Shown: positions 11,760 through 22,489 of the stretch, in pieces
Position numbering within the stretch: the stretch's first letter is position 1
How the letters are laid out: every line of letters begins with the position of its first letter
Virus record (IMG/VR): IMGVR_UViG_3300031886_000002
Reading direction: 5' to 3' (one strand)
DNA length: 64,000 nt
DNA from: an uncultured virus (IMG/VR IMGVR_UViG_3300031886_000002)
Taxonomy: Duplodnaviria; Heunggongvirae; Uroviricota; Caudoviricetes
Made by a program: the position numbers and the translations under genes
Notes under the pieces: model-generated
Told to the model about the DNA's origin: nothing
Databases searched by the model: none
What the model saw: the letters and a program-made list of their open reading frames with translations, nothing else

Positions 11760-13196
11760 TTAGAACCCCGTTGATGATGCTACTGTTCTATTCACTCTCT
11801 TATTTATTTCCTGAGATAACTTGTCTGCTAGTCTTCGTAGTTCTGCATCTGATGTTCCCATAGAACCTGATACATTAATATTGATTGTATTGCCCATCAT
11901 TGTTTTAGAATCTGCATTACTATGAACTCTTGCACCGGCAGGGAGATTAACTAATTCTTTTCCTCTTTCACCAACCCAAGCCCATCCACCTGAATGTAAT
12001 CCTCCATGTGCATATTTTGGTACAGTAGATAATGCTCCTTGATTTAATCTATTCAAATCACTACCCATGTTAGAACCCCCGGTTAAACCCAACCATCTTC
12101 CAATCCAGCCCAAGCCCGATACTATACTCAACATTATTCCTTCAAGTAAAGAACCCACTATTGTTACTGCTGTAGTAACTAATGCTAAGAATAAATTGCC
12201 CAATACACTTGCAACTGCTGGAAGTAACTTCATAACAAAGGTTCGTATTACTCCAACTATATCTCCTTTGAATGCCATCTTTATCATTGTGAATAGAGCA
12301 ATTATTATTCCAAGTATTCCTAATCCCACTTTCTTCCAAAACTTCCAAGTTTCTTTTAGATTCTTCTTCATAGAAGGCCATGCCTTTTTAAGGATAAAAG
12401 CAATGATTGCTATTCCTGTTACTATTAGCGCGAACCATATCATAGCCTTCCCTAAGAAAGCCAAAGAATTTTTCAGGAACCCTCCCATGTTTTGAAGAAT
12501 TTTCTTATCCTCTATTTTTTTCCAGTTTTCTCCCATTTGTTTGAAGAATCCCTGTCTACGCTTTTCACCGGCTGCTCGTCTTCCTCCACCTTTCTTAAAT
12601 TGTCCTCCAATGTTAATGTTCTTCTTACCGAATAACGCATCTGTAACTTTTCCAAAGGGACTAAGGATTTCTTTTATCATACCGCCTTCTTTAACTCTAT
12701 CACTCAAATTCTTATCAAATAATTTTCTCAGACCTTTCCTTTGTTTTTCCATTCCTTTATCCATTTTTCCTACTAAGTCCTCATAGAATTCTCTAGAGAA
12801 TTTTAACATTTCTTCTGCATTAAATTCTCCTGACTTTTCTAACATTTTATAATAATCAGATTTTTCTAGTTTGTCTAAGTTCTTTTTAATATCTGCATAT
12901 GATTCTGCTAGAGCCATATTTGACTCAACAGTTTTCATTTGTTGTTCCATTTGTTTAGTTTGATTTAGATAATACACTTCTAAAGTATTACCAATAGCAC
13001 GAAATTGATTTTGTATTGCCCAAAGACCTGTGCCTGACAAGAAACGACTTATTACAGTCCAAGCCTTGTTTCCTGCAGATGAAAAGTCAGCAAAACCCTT
13101 TGCCATTCCTGCATTTGCATCATTCAATCTATGAATGGCTATTGATAATTCAGAAACATGTTTGGCTGCTTCTTTAAGGTCTGCTGTATCTGCCAT
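11760..13196 (-). CDS. Tape measure protein
   Basis: Helical N-terminus, hydrophobic segments, C-terminal YAHGG...VGERGKELV motif; follows the chaperone frameshift pair. Confidence 0.8.
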   Translation of the reverse strand: MADTADLKEAAKHVSELSIAIHRLNDANAGMAKGFADFSSAGNKAWTVISRFLSGTGLWAIQNQFRAIGNTLEVYYLNQTKQMEQQMKTVESNMALAESYADIKKNLDKLEKSDYYKMLEKSGEFNAEEMLKFSREFYEDLVGKMDKGMEKQRKGLRKLFDKNLSDRVKEGGMIKEILSPFGKVTDALFGKKNINIGGQFKKGGGRRAAGEKRRQGFFKQMGENWKKIEDKKILQNMGGFLKNSLAFLGKAMIWFALIVTGIAIIAFILKKAWPSMKKNLKETWKFWKKVGLGILGIIIALFTMIKMAFKGDIVGVIRTFVMKLLPAVASVLGNLFLALVTTAVTIVGSLLEGIMLSIVSGLGWIGRWLGLTGGSNMGSDLNRLNQGALSTVPKYAHGGLHSGGWAWVGERGKELVNLPAGARVHSNADSKTMMGNTININVSGSMGTSDAELRRLADKLSQEINKRVNRTVASSTGF

Positions 13197-13197
13197 A

Positions 13198-13419
13198 TTA
13201 TTTCACCGTATTCATTTTTTTCTTCATTTCTTCGCCTTTGAGTTTTTCTACTTCTGCATGAATAGTCAACATTTCTAATAATAATTCTGCTGGAGTATGA
13301 TATGCTTCTACGGGACTAATACTAAATACTTTGCAATATGTATAAAGCATGATTCGGGCGGCTAATGAAGGTTCTATTTCTCCTCCATTAAGACCGCGCC
13401 GAATCTGTTTTAGTTTCCC
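13198..13419 (-). CDS. -1 frameshift extension of the tail assembly chaperone (gpGT-like)
   Basis: G GGA AAC heptamer (13419-13413) directly before the chaperone stop; the -1 frame stays open to TAA at 13200-13198. Confidence 0.8.
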   Translation of the reverse strand, partial: GKLKQIRRGLNGGEIEPSLAARIMLYTYCKVFSISPVEAYHTPAELLLEMLTIHAEVEKLKGEEMKKKMNTVK

Positions 13420-13790
13420 TCATCAACCCCCATCATATCTTCAAAGGGATTCGGTAGAATCTCCTTTAGTTGCGCTCCCACAAACGGGGATAACCGCAAC
13501 AAATCAACCGACGATAATGACGGTTCTGTTTTTTCAATGAAGTTCTCAACCATAAACCTATACATTTTATTTAGGTCAAGGCTCATTCCTTCACTTGCAG
13601 CACTAAGGTTCATCACCGTAGATAGTGCTTGTTCCACTTGGAGCCAAGTGGGTTCTTTAATCCAGACTTTCAAATATTCATCTGAGTCAGGATTAACCCT
13701 CAGATGATGACACTCTGTTTCCACTCTTGAAAACAAACTGTTCGTATCACTTACTATTGTGTAATTTTGTTCCATTATATCCACCTTCAA
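13410..13790 (-). CDS. Tail assembly chaperone (gpG-like)
   Basis: Between tail tube and tape measure; ends in a slippery heptamer. Confidence 0.8.
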   Translation of the reverse strand: MKVDIMEQNYTIVSDTNSLFSRVETECHHLRVNPDSDEYLKVWIKEPTWLQVEQALSTVMNLSAASEGMSLDLNKMYRFMVENFIEKTEPSLSSVDLLRLSPFVGAQLKEILPNPFEDMMGVDEGN

Positions 13791-14004
13791 TTTAGCCCTA
13801 CATGGGCTTTTTACTTACAAACAAACTATTGTAAGTGGAATGCTAGTTATGAATTGTTTTTAGACTTTTTAAGCCTCCTTAGAGGGCCGATTTACGACCC
13901 CCGAATCGCACCACACCCCACAGTCGGATGATTTGTGCCATGATTTTCGCCCTCGTAGTTCTCAATAAAGTTTATATTTGAAACAAATACCGTATATGGC
14001 CGTA

Positions 14005-15630
14005 TCACATCTGTATAGCCCATTTACCGACATATTTACAGTTACCAGCCGTCATCGTTCTGGCCGATAGCGTCAAGGATGCCTCTATCATTCCCTTATC
14101 TTCAGGGAATGGAATATCTACACTCTGTACGATATAATTATCCAATTTTATTTCAATATAATCAGAATCTGCTGTTGTTCCTGACTTATCGAATTTCAAT
14201 ATTATTTGACTATTAGAAATCTCATCGGTATCATCTGAATATGTAGATGTATCTGCTCTGGGTTTTCTTAGATTATCCCATAGTTCTCTGTCAGTTATCA
14301 ACATATTAAGTGTAACATCATATGTTCTTTGTCCAGCAATATGTGTTGATGTAATCGTTCTATCATAGTTACCTATGAATCGCTGAGGAGTTAGATTGTT
14401 AGTAATAGTTAAACTACCACTCTTTACTCTAGCAAGGGTTTGTCCAAATAATTCTACATGCCCATCAGAAAACATGAAGGGGTTATTATCTGCTTCTGCA
14501 TTATAATTAAACAATGCACTTGGAGTTCTTACTCTTCTCTTTGGTGTGTATGCTGCTTCTGAATCATGTGCCTTTCTTGCTACTGCATCAACAGTAGCCT
14601 TAACATCTTGTCCTTCTTCAAAATTCATACTAAGAGAATTGACTTGACAACCTGTGTATATTCTACTAAATAAAGTTTCTTCACCATCAAGATGAGTATA
14701 TCCTGCATCTGTTACAGCACCTTTTTCAGCAGTTACTTCTAATGTGAATGATGGTAAATCTCCACTATTAGATTCCTTGAAAGCATAGGTAAAATAGTTT
14801 GCAGAATTAACTAACTTCCAATTTGCTCTAGTGCTTCCCTTTGCTAAGTCTGGTAGTGGCAATACATTATCATCAACACCCTTTTCTGCTCGTCTAATAC
14901 TTTTATCTGTCACAGACGCAAACCAATCTCCACCTGAAGAACCAGTAAGAGAATGGTTTGTTGCACTTGTTGTATCACCTAAATCATTGTTTGTATTAAC
15001 TGATGAAGCAGCCAATGTTTCTATACCACCCAAAGCATAATACAACCACATTCCATTATTAAGTGATACATCTATTGATGCCGCCCCAAGAGTTTCTGCT
15101 CCCTTGAATTGATGCCCAAAATTTCTTGTTCCTCCCAATGCTAAATTACTTTGTTTCATTTCTACATCAACAGTAGGTGGAGTAACTGTATTAACTAATC
15201 CTAGCCAATTATCTGCAAGAAGATTTACTTTGTCTTCAATAACAGCAGGCGCATATACAGGCGCACCATAAGATAAAATTGTGCATAAGAATACATCAGT
15301 TGATGTGGAGGATAACACTTGATTAAAGACAATTGAATTTGCTGTGTTAGACTTAATTGTTAATGTATTTACTGCCGCTGGAGTAGATTGTGCTCCTGCA
15401 CTAGTATACTTATCTATCTTTGCTAGACAACCCTTATACATATCTTTCACTAATCTATTATCATCGCTTCCTGTCCAAGTTAATGATGATGAATCACTAC
15501 CCATTTCTAAACATAAATTACCTGTGCTATTTATGTTAGTTCCAAATGCTTCCGACACTTCAAAATCCATTTCTGGAATCATCGTTGCGGATAATCCTGC
15601 TCCTGTGTATACTTCGTTTGCTAATACCAT
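14005..15630 (-). CDS. Major tail (tube) protein
   Basis: LPSFTLEV...YTGCQVNSLSM...SGSLTITNNL...GQRTYDVTL tube-like pattern; position; GGTGA RBS. Confidence 0.75.
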   Translation of the reverse strand: MVLANEVYTGAGLSATMIPEMDFEVSEAFGTNINSTGNLCLEMGSDSSSLTWTGSDDNRLVKDMYKGCLAKIDKYTSAGAQSTPAAVNTLTIKSNTANSIVFNQVLSSTSTDVFLCTILSYGAPVYAPAVIEDKVNLLADNWLGLVNTVTPPTVDVEMKQSNLALGGTRNFGHQFKGAETLGAASIDVSLNNGMWLYYALGGIETLAASSVNTNNDLGDTTSATNHSLTGSSGGDWFASVTDKSIRRAEKGVDDNVLPLPDLAKGSTRANWKLVNSANYFTYAFKESNSGDLPSFTLEVTAEKGAVTDAGYTHLDGEETLFSRIYTGCQVNSLSMNFEEGQDVKATVDAVARKAHDSEAAYTPKRRVRTPSALFNYNAEADNNPFMFSDGHVELFGQTLARVKSGSLTITNNLTPQRFIGNYDRTITSTHIAGQRTYDVTLNMLITDRELWDNLRKPRADTSTYSDDTDEISNSQIILKFDKSGTTADSDYIEIKLDNYIVQSVDIPFPEDKGMIEASLTLSARTMTAGNCKYVGKWAIQM

Positions 15631-15639
15631 TTTCTCACC

Positions 15640-16158
15640 TTATGTGTTTCTTCCAAATCGTTTCATATTTACAGTCATCTTGTAACCCAATAATCTTTTT
15701 CCTCTATCATTGGCTTCACTTCTGCCTGTAATCTGAATTAGTTCTGCACTTTCTTCAACTGCTGGTGGCGTTGAATCATCATAAACCTTTGGTCTTAACC
15801 CGTTCCTCTCTAAGATGTAGCGAGCCGTTTGATATAAACTTTGCAGTCGAGTCCTAGAAAATGTTAGGTCACTCCAATCTTTCTGGTGCAATACACGCAA
15901 ATGAACAGTAAAACTATAGTCCTCATTCCTAACTGCTCTATCTATTGTTGGGTGCATTAAGGTTGCACTATCCTCATATACAACTACAACAGCACTTTGG
16001 TCTGCATCGAATCTTCTACCCTTTCCGGGTTCTAATGAACGAATGTCTATAAATGTAGGTGTTACTTGATGTTGAGATATACCTGCTGCATTTACAGCAG
16101 CAGTCCAATTATCAGTCAATAACCGAATAACAAATGTTACTTCATCCATTAAAACCAC
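15640..16158 (-). CDS. Putative tail terminator/completion protein
   Basis: Size and position directly upstream of the tube gene. Confidence 0.5.
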   Translation of the reverse strand: MVLMDEVTFVIRLLTDNWTAAVNAAGISQHQVTPTFIDIRSLEPGKGRRFDADQSAVVVVYEDSATLMHPTIDRAVRNEDYSFTVHLRVLHQKDWSDLTFSRTRLQSLYQTARYILERNGLRPKVYDDSTPPAVEESAELIQITGRSEANDRGKRLLGYKMTVNMKRFGRNT

Positions 16159-16363
16159 TATTTATTCCTTTGACTATAAATTCAGCCATACTTTCAGCCA
16201 TTACTTTATCGAATCTTTCTAAGGCTAATTCAAATACTTTATCATTACTGAATGCGAATATTTTATAACTTGAATCTAACAGTATTTGGTTTCGTTCTTG
16301 TTCTGCACTTAATATTTCTTGAAATAATCTTGAGGCTATTTTACCATCCATACTATCCCTCAA
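16142..16363 (-). CDS. Hypothetical neck-region protein
   Basis: Overlap-coupled ORF. Confidence 0.5.
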   Translation of the reverse strand: MRDSMDGKIASRLFQEILSAEQERNQILLDSSYKIFAFSNDKVFELALERFDKVMAESMAEFIVKGINSGFNG

Positions 16364-17475
16364 TCAATTAGGTGTAATAGTACCTTCTTACCCTCTAATA
16401 TTTTATTTGCCTCTTCTACTAGTATATCATACTTAGTTTTCAAATCTATATTCGCTCCGGTTTCAGCAATTAATATGGTATTATCATCATGCACCAGCAC
16501 TTCTGCCGCCACTAATTTAGTAGTTGCTTCATGTATTGTTGAAGGCACTCTAGTAGAGCCACGAATATAAGTCACTCGTATTGAATGATTCTTATAATAA
16601 GGCCAATTCTTTTTGAAGAATATCTTTCCACCAGAGCCAATTGTCCAGAAATCTCCCATTCTTCCCATATCTTCATTGTCGGTAAAGGAGGTTGAAGCAG
16701 TAGGAGTTCCATGAGTCGCTGAAACTGTGCAAATTGTCCCGGCATCAGATGGTAATAGAGAGGTAATAACTACAGATTTTCCATCACCTGATGGACAAGC
16801 ATAGAAGAAATCGGAGATATTTCTTGTGGTTCCCCCTCCATCGGGTGCATCAGTGGTCATTTTTATTCCTGTTTCACCTGTGAATTGTGCAGTTTCATGC
16901 GGAAATACTTCATTGATTGCCGCACAAATTTGTAATACAGTAGTTTTCTGTCCAAATGTATCATAGAAGCCGTTAGCATTAGCACTATTCAATACAAAGC
17001 GGTATCCAGAATTTGCACTATCACCAACACCTAAAGTGATTGTATAAGTTTCATTGATAGCAGAAGTAGGAGGGGTATATGAAACACTAGCAGATGCTAA
17101 TTCTACAAATGATTCTCCTTGGAATACCTCTAGTTTTATTATCTTTCTAACTTTTTCACTATCTAATTGTACAAAACCAACATAGTCTTTCCAATGAGTT
17201 ATAGGATATACTACTTCTCTCCATGCATCAAAATTATGGACTTCCTTTTCAATAATTTCAGGTCTATGAGATAATTTAATTGTATCATCTACTTTACCTT
17301 CCACTCGCTTTATTATCTTACCAATCATTGCTATGCTTGGTACACTAGTATTAGTGAATGCCCCTATTTGAAGCATATCTGAAACTTCTGTATGGGAAGT
17401 GTAATATCCAATCCCACTTGAATAATTTGGTAGGGCAGTTATACTATAATCACTTTCTGAACTTAACTTAGGCAT
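16360..17475 (-). CDS. Putative head-tail adaptor with inserted domain
   Basis: N-terminal YTSHTEV..ML and C-terminal IRVTYIRG..VPSTIHEATTKLVA resemble gp6/gp15-type adaptors. Confidence 0.6.
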   Translation of the reverse strand: MPKLSSESDYSITALPNYSSGIGYYTSHTEVSDMLQIGAFTNTSVPSIAMIGKIIKRVEGKVDDTIKLSHRPEIIEKEVHNFDAWREVVYPITHWKDYVGFVQLDSEKVRKIIKLEVFQGESFVELASASVSYTPPTSAINETYTITLGVGDSANSGYRFVLNSANANGFYDTFGQKTTVLQICAAINEVFPHETAQFTGETGIKMTTDAPDGGGTTRNISDFFYACPSGDGKSVVITSLLPSDAGTICTVSATHGTPTASTSFTDNEDMGRMGDFWTIGSGGKIFFKKNWPYYKNHSIRVTYIRGSTRVPSTIHEATTKLVAAEVLVHDDNTILIAETGANIDLKTKYDILVEEANKILEGKKVLLHLID

Positions 17476-19765
17476 TGTTTATCATCTCCTCAATTCTTTT
17501 ATATTGTTTTCTTAAATAACCCATTAAAACTATGTATTTCTGTTGACCATATTCACCACGCATTGCGCCACCAAAATCTAATGCACCTCTTCTTCCTCTA
17601 GATTTAAAACCCTCATCATAAGATGTTGTTGTTGTTGGGTATTTATGCTCACCTGTTTCTTCTGCATACTCTTCTCCGATTGAAGAATATACTTCAGGTT
17701 CAGTCTTTCTATGTTCCTTTGTTTGAGGGTCAATAGGTTCAGAGATTTCATGAGTAGAAGCACCGGGTTGAATTGATGAATGAGCCATAGTTGGTTTATC
17801 ACGACCTCTTCCCACTTTTTCATCTCTACTTGGTTTTGATGCTTCTTGTGACCATGCTCCTTTAGTTTTTCCCGGTTCTCCTATTGTTGTTGTTTTTGGT
17901 GTAACAACACCACTATAACCCCATGTTACTTTCTTTTCCACTTTTGCATCAGTTAAATAAAAGACACCATATACTTTATCCTCCCATGTGTTATCACCTT
18001 TCTCTTTAGTTGCTTCATCTCTATCTAAATACCCAGAAATACTTAATTTCAATATAACTCCTTCGGAAGGGTTTAATGAACTTCTTAATAGCGATTGTAT
18101 TTCTGAACCATCTATCTCATAAGCATTAACTAAATCTAATTCAGGAGTCTCTCCTTGTTTGGGGTCTTTCTTGAATATTCTTTTTGCCTGAGATTTAGTT
18201 CCCATTGGTGCATGAACTATTTTTTCTGCTTTCTTTTCATGAATCTTAGCAGTTTCTCTGAATCTTGTTGCTTGTTTTCTTTTATTATATTGAACTACAA
18301 TATCTTCTTGCCATTGTTCAATTTGAAGATTATGATGCATTTGCCACTTTACTGCATTAACAATTAATTCATGATGAGGCTCACCTAATGGAATTGTCAT
18401 TTCATCTTCTTCATCATCTTCTTCATCTTCTTCTACTTCTTCAGACCAAAGTTCAGACTCATCTTCTTTCACTTGAGATTGTACATCTAAATCTTCTAGA
18501 CTAGTTTGTGTAGATTCATCTTCAAAATGAGCATAAAAGTCCTCTTCTTCTTGAGTTTCAAATTCTTCTTCTGATTCTTCTAGACCATGAACAACATCTA
18601 AAATTTCTTGCCATAAATCCTTTTCTTCTTCAGTAAATTCTCTATCTTGACCTGTTTCTTTATTTATTAATATTGCAGGGTAATGCTCTTTAATATTCCA
18701 ATCAGAATCAGTTTGCTTAGTAGAAGTTTTTTTATGAGCAGGTTTAGAACCCCCACCAAAGAATCGGTCCAATTCCTTTTTCTTTTTCTTCTCTTCTTCT
18801 TCAGTTAATTCTTTAGGATTTTCTCGCATCTCTTGCAATTTTCTTTGATATTTAGATGAAGGATGACCGGGCCATTGTTTCTTATCTTCTAATTTTACAA
18901 TATTAGATTTAAGCATTCTATTGAATTCTTCATTAGTAGGAGGCATCCATTCATTTTTTGGCATCCCTTCTAAAATATCATCCCTAGCCATTTCTTCTTC
19001 AAACATGCTTTTAAAGTCTATTTCTATATCAATGAATAATTTAAGGTCTTTTGCTGGTGCATTTTGCATTCTTTGAGAACCCAAATTAAATTCTTTTGCT
19101 GCATTTTGTAAATCAGGATATACCTTTATAGTAATGTGGTCCTTATAAGTATTGGGTGATGAAGTTATATTATCAATGAATTCCCTATACACTCGATGTT
19201 TACCTTTTGCATTTGCTACTTCTATTAACTTAGAATGTTTAATTTTGAATCCTACCATTTTCTCCCATGATTCTTGTTCATCTGTAAGATTTATATTTTT
19301 TAATGTCTGCTCTTTACCCTCGGCTGGCATTAATCTTATCGTATAATCAAGACCTGAAGTTTTTTCTTTACCAAAAGTATTTACTCCAATATGTTCTTTA
19401 GTACCAATTAATAAATCACCAATAGGCATATCACTAAGTTTCTTCCACATTTCAGTTATATGTCTTTTATATTCATCCGAATTTATTTCCATTCCATCTG
19501 TTTCTTCTGCAGCATTCCTCATATATGAAACACTTAAAAATTCATCCAAATATCTTTCAATATTAGAATAGTTTTGGTTATCACCCGATACAGGTGAAAA
19601 TAGAAACTTAACCATAGCCTTGAAAAGTGGGTGTTCCCACTCATCAGTTATGTCAGTTTCATTTAGAATAATTCTTTCCCCAAAAATGGAGTTAATAGAA
19701 TTACCATTGTGAGTAAATGAGGAAGGAATTACTATTTCATCATCTTGTTTTAAGAGTAGGGTCAT
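17468..19765 (-). CDS. Hypothetical 765-aa protein with a long acidic tract
   Basis: Long ORF; E/D-rich centre; starts MTLLLKQ. Confidence 0.7.
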   Translation of the reverse strand: MTLLLKQDDEIVIPSSFTHNGNSINSIFGERIILNETDITDEWEHPLFKAMVKFLFSPVSGDNQNYSNIERYLDEFLSVSYMRNAAEETDGMEINSDEYKRHITEMWKKLSDMPIGDLLIGTKEHIGVNTFGKEKTSGLDYTIRLMPAEGKEQTLKNINLTDEQESWEKMVGFKIKHSKLIEVANAKGKHRVYREFIDNITSSPNTYKDHITIKVYPDLQNAAKEFNLGSQRMQNAPAKDLKLFIDIEIDFKSMFEEEMARDDILEGMPKNEWMPPTNEEFNRMLKSNIVKLEDKKQWPGHPSSKYQRKLQEMRENPKELTEEEEKKKKKELDRFFGGGSKPAHKKTSTKQTDSDWNIKEHYPAILINKETGQDREFTEEEKDLWQEILDVVHGLEESEEEFETQEEEDFYAHFEDESTQTSLEDLDVQSQVKEDESELWSEEVEEDEEDDEEDEMTIPLGEPHHELIVNAVKWQMHHNLQIEQWQEDIVVQYNKRKQATRFRETAKIHEKKAEKIVHAPMGTKSQAKRIFKKDPKQGETPELDLVNAYEIDGSEIQSLLRSSLNPSEGVILKLSISGYLDRDEATKEKGDNTWEDKVYGVFYLTDAKVEKKVTWGYSGVVTPKTTTIGEPGKTKGAWSQEASKPSRDEKVGRGRDKPTMAHSSIQPGASTHEISEPIDPQTKEHRKTEPEVYSSIGEEYAEETGEHKYPTTTTSYDEGFKSRGRRGALDFGGAMRGEYGQQKYIVLMGYLRKQYKRIEEMINNA

Positions 19766-19781
19766 CTATCTCACTCATTAA

Positions 19782-20486
19782 TCAAGCCAACCACGAAGCC
19801 CATGCTAAACCTTTGCTAATTGCTTGTCCTAACCCTAATCCACTATTAGGAGGTGTATATGTTGGTTGTCCAGTCATCGGGTCAATCCAATATGGGTTAT
19901 TCATAGTATCATATCCTTGAGGCGGTATTGGATAACCCGATTGATTGTTAAACGCTTGCTGTTGTTGATGCATCATATTATTGGCAGAAACACTAGCACT
20001 CCCACCCTGTATTTGTGATGGGTCTAAACCTTGTGTATTTCCAACTTGTTGAGTAGTATGTTGCTGTGGTATTCCCTGTGTGGAAAATCCTTGTGATTCT
20101 AAATATTGTTGTTTAGCCATCTTTCTTTGCATAATAACTTCAGTATTTAATGCTGAAGCCAAAAGCATTTGTAAATCTAATGTAATATTTTCTGCGGTAA
20201 TAGTTTCATAATCTCTTAGTGCATCAGTATGAACTGTCATTTCACCTGCTGAATTAGATACAAATTTCAATTTAACTAGCATTTGACTAACTACTCTTTC
20301 CATCACATCTTCCATTAACTTTTCCATTGCTGTTAAAAACTGTTCACCATGATATGTGAAAAAATCTTCAACATGATTTTCTTGTAGTGTTAATAGATTA
20401 TTTACCGCCTTAAAATCTGCGGCTCCTTGATTTGTTATCTGATTAGATATTGTACTATTTGTTGTTCTCCACGCCATTTTATTCAC
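19782..20486 (-). CDS. Hypothetical Q/P-rich protein with amphipathic C-terminus
   Basis: QQQ/PPxY low-complexity region; ends GLGLGQAISKGLAWASWLA. Confidence 0.7.
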   Translation of the reverse strand: MNKMAWRTTNSTISNQITNQGAADFKAVNNLLTLQENHVEDFFTYHGEQFLTAMEKLMEDVMERVVSQMLVKLKFVSNSAGEMTVHTDALRDYETITAENITLDLQMLLASALNTEVIMQRKMAKQQYLESQGFSTQGIPQQHTTQQVGNTQGLDPSQIQGGSASVSANNMMHQQQQAFNNQSGYPIPPQGYDTMNNPYWIDPMTGQPTYTPPNSGLGLGQAISKGLAWASWLA

Positions 20487-20490
20487 CTAT

Positions 20491-20907
20491 TTATTGTCCG
20501 GGGAGCCATTTGCCCCCACTCGGCGTGTTTGTTTGTGTTCTAGGATTATTTAATTGTGTTTGTGCTGTTCTAGGATTTATTTGTGTTGGTGCTGGCCCAC
20601 CCTGTTTAGGTCTAACTATTATAAATTGTCCTCGGTCATTTGCTCCGGCTGATTTCTTTTGCCATCCTTCACCATAATATGAAATTAATGAAGCAATTTT
20701 TCCATCTGCATCTCCGGGTGCTACAATGTTAGCATTACCTGCTGAACCATGCACTTCCATTCCGGGGAATTTGGTATGTTCTGTTATATCATAAACAGGG
20801 TCACCAGTAACTCCATGTGTTTGTGGTGAAATCCCTGTTGCACCAGAATCATTAGGGTCAGCAGTTGGGTCAGGTCGTATTTCTTTCAGTATCTTTTTCC
20901 AAGTCAT
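20491..20907 (-). CDS. Hypothetical protein with WxxhhK N-terminal tag
   Basis: Begins MTWKKILK. Confidence 0.65.
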   Translation of the reverse strand: MTWKKILKEIRPDPTADPNDSGATGISPQTHGVTGDPVYDITEHTKFPGMEVHGSAGNANIVAPGDADGKIASLISYYGEGWQKKSAGANDRGQFIIVRPKQGGPAPTQINPRTAQTQLNNPRTQTNTPSGGKWLPGQ

Positions 20908-21581
20908 GTTTCTTCCTCAATTTTTTCTATTTCCTGTGGAACTACTTTAGTACCCATAGTCATTAAAGTTGTTATTCTACTATTAATGACCTGATTTTCA
21001 CGGGTTAACCTAAATAATTCTATTTCAGGAGATTCTGTATTCATTTGTGGTGGTCTAATTGTCCATCCTATTGCTGCTAATGATTCAACATCATTTTGTC
21101 TTAATGTGGTTAATGGCCCGGATTGTAACATCTTGGGCATTTTAGGCTTTGGTAAATATGAACTAAATTCTAAACCGTGTTCATCAGCAATAATTTGTTG
21201 TTCTAACATTTCATATTGACGATGTAAACCTGAATGTTTATCACAATAGGTTCCTCTCATTGGATAACCTTTACGAACTTTATGAAGTGGAATTGTTGGT
21301 CTCATTGGGTCATCTGCTTCCCATCTTTTATGAGTGCCGCACACAACACATCTATCTCTTGTATTAAATTTGAATCCAAATGGTAATTTAATGAACCTCT
21401 TCTTTTCCGGCCAAAGTATCTTTATCATTTCCTTGACTTGTTTCTTTGGTTTACTACTAAGATAGTCATGCGTCATTATTCCTCCTGCGGCTCTAGCAAA
21501 CTTAATTGGTGGTAGAAATGGACTAGCGGCACTAGCGTTAGATGCGCCAATTAAACTAGTGGGTTGGTAATGCATACTCAT
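20904..21581 (-). CDS. Hypothetical Zn-finger protein
   Basis: CVVC...YCDKH metal-ligand pattern. Confidence 0.65.
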   Translation of the reverse strand: MSMHYQPTSLIGASNASAASPFLPPIKFARAAGGIMTHDYLSSKPKKQVKEMIKILWPEKKRFIKLPFGFKFNTRDRCVVCGTHKRWEADDPMRPTIPLHKVRKGYPMRGTYCDKHSGLHRQYEMLEQQIIADEHGLEFSSYLPKPKMPKMLQSGPLTTLRQNDVESLAAIGWTIRPPQMNTESPEIELFRLTRENQVINSRITTLMTMGTKVVPQEIEKIEEET

Positions 21582-22249
21582 TAATAATCATCCACCATTG
21601 TTGCTATTCCTCGATATACCATTTCTGAATCTGATTTCGCACTTACTATGTATTTGAAGCAGGGTATTCCTCTATCATTTAATTTTGACATTCCATCTTT
21701 GAACGATTCAAATATTGGGTGACTTTGTATATCATTATACGGATATTTATCTTTCCATAAATCAAACTTGTTTGCCCATAGACCCACTGCAATTGGATAG
21801 TCATGTGATTTCTTTCGGTGCTTTTTATTTAACGCATCCCAATAAGGAGAACATATTGTATCTACTAAAAATGTCCAACATAACTGCTGTTCAATATCAT
21901 AATGTTTATCCATGTGTCTATCATCAATCATGAAAATAATATATTTGACTCTTCTAGTTCTCATATCTTTGAGCCATTCACCCCAATAAAGTGTTTCTCC
22001 TCCTACATCTGATGTTTTGATTGTATGTTGGTCTCCATCAATTTTAATAGTTTTTCTAGTAGCCCTGCCCCTACCAACTGTTCTTTCAGTTATATCTGGA
22101 ACTTCTCCCCTTGTTCTCATTTGATGATGAAGTGTTGTTTTTCCTACTTGACTTGCCCCATACACACCAAAAGGAATTGCATGAACTTTTCTCCAAAATG
22201 CTCCGGCTTTCTCCATCATTATGATAACGAAACCCGTCATCAATGACAT
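21581..22249 (-). CDS. Small Ras-superfamily (Arf/Rab-like) GTPase
   Basis: G1 GASQVGKT, G2 T, G3 DVGG, G4 NKFD, G5 SAK in order with plausible spacing. Confidence 0.85.
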   Translation of the reverse strand: MSLMTGFVIIMMEKAGAFWRKVHAIPFGVYGASQVGKTTLHHQMRTRGEVPDITERTVGRGRATRKTIKIDGDQHTIKTSDVGGETLYWGEWLKDMRTRRVKYIIFMIDDRHMDKHYDIEQQLCWTFLVDTICSPYWDALNKKHRKKSHDYPIAVGLWANKFDLWKDKYPYNDIQSHPIFESFKDGMSKLNDRGIPCFKYIVSAKSDSEMVYRGIATMVDDY

Positions 22250-22253
22250 TTAA

Positions 22254-22481
22254 TCACCCAAATAATGTATTAGTAAATATTACGAAGCCCTCCCACGCTT
22301 CATGGTAGAGATTCAATCCAAAAGAAGGTAAAGCATGGCCTATAAGAAAACCACTAATGGTTGATACGCTTCCCCAAAAAGTATATCTAGCCCTCAGAAA
22401 CCAAATATCAGCCGAATGCGCTCTTTGCAAATCGTATGCTAATGTTGTTTCATTAAAGCCAGTTGTTATTGCTTCAAGCAT
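22254..22481 (-). CDS. Small membrane protein
   Basis: Hydrophobic C-terminal half. Confidence 0.6.
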   Translation of the reverse strand: MLEAITTGFNETTLAYDLQRAHSADIWFLRARYTFWGSVSTISGFLIGHALPSFGLNLYHEAWEGFVIFTNTLFG

Positions 22482-22489
22482 TTACCTCA

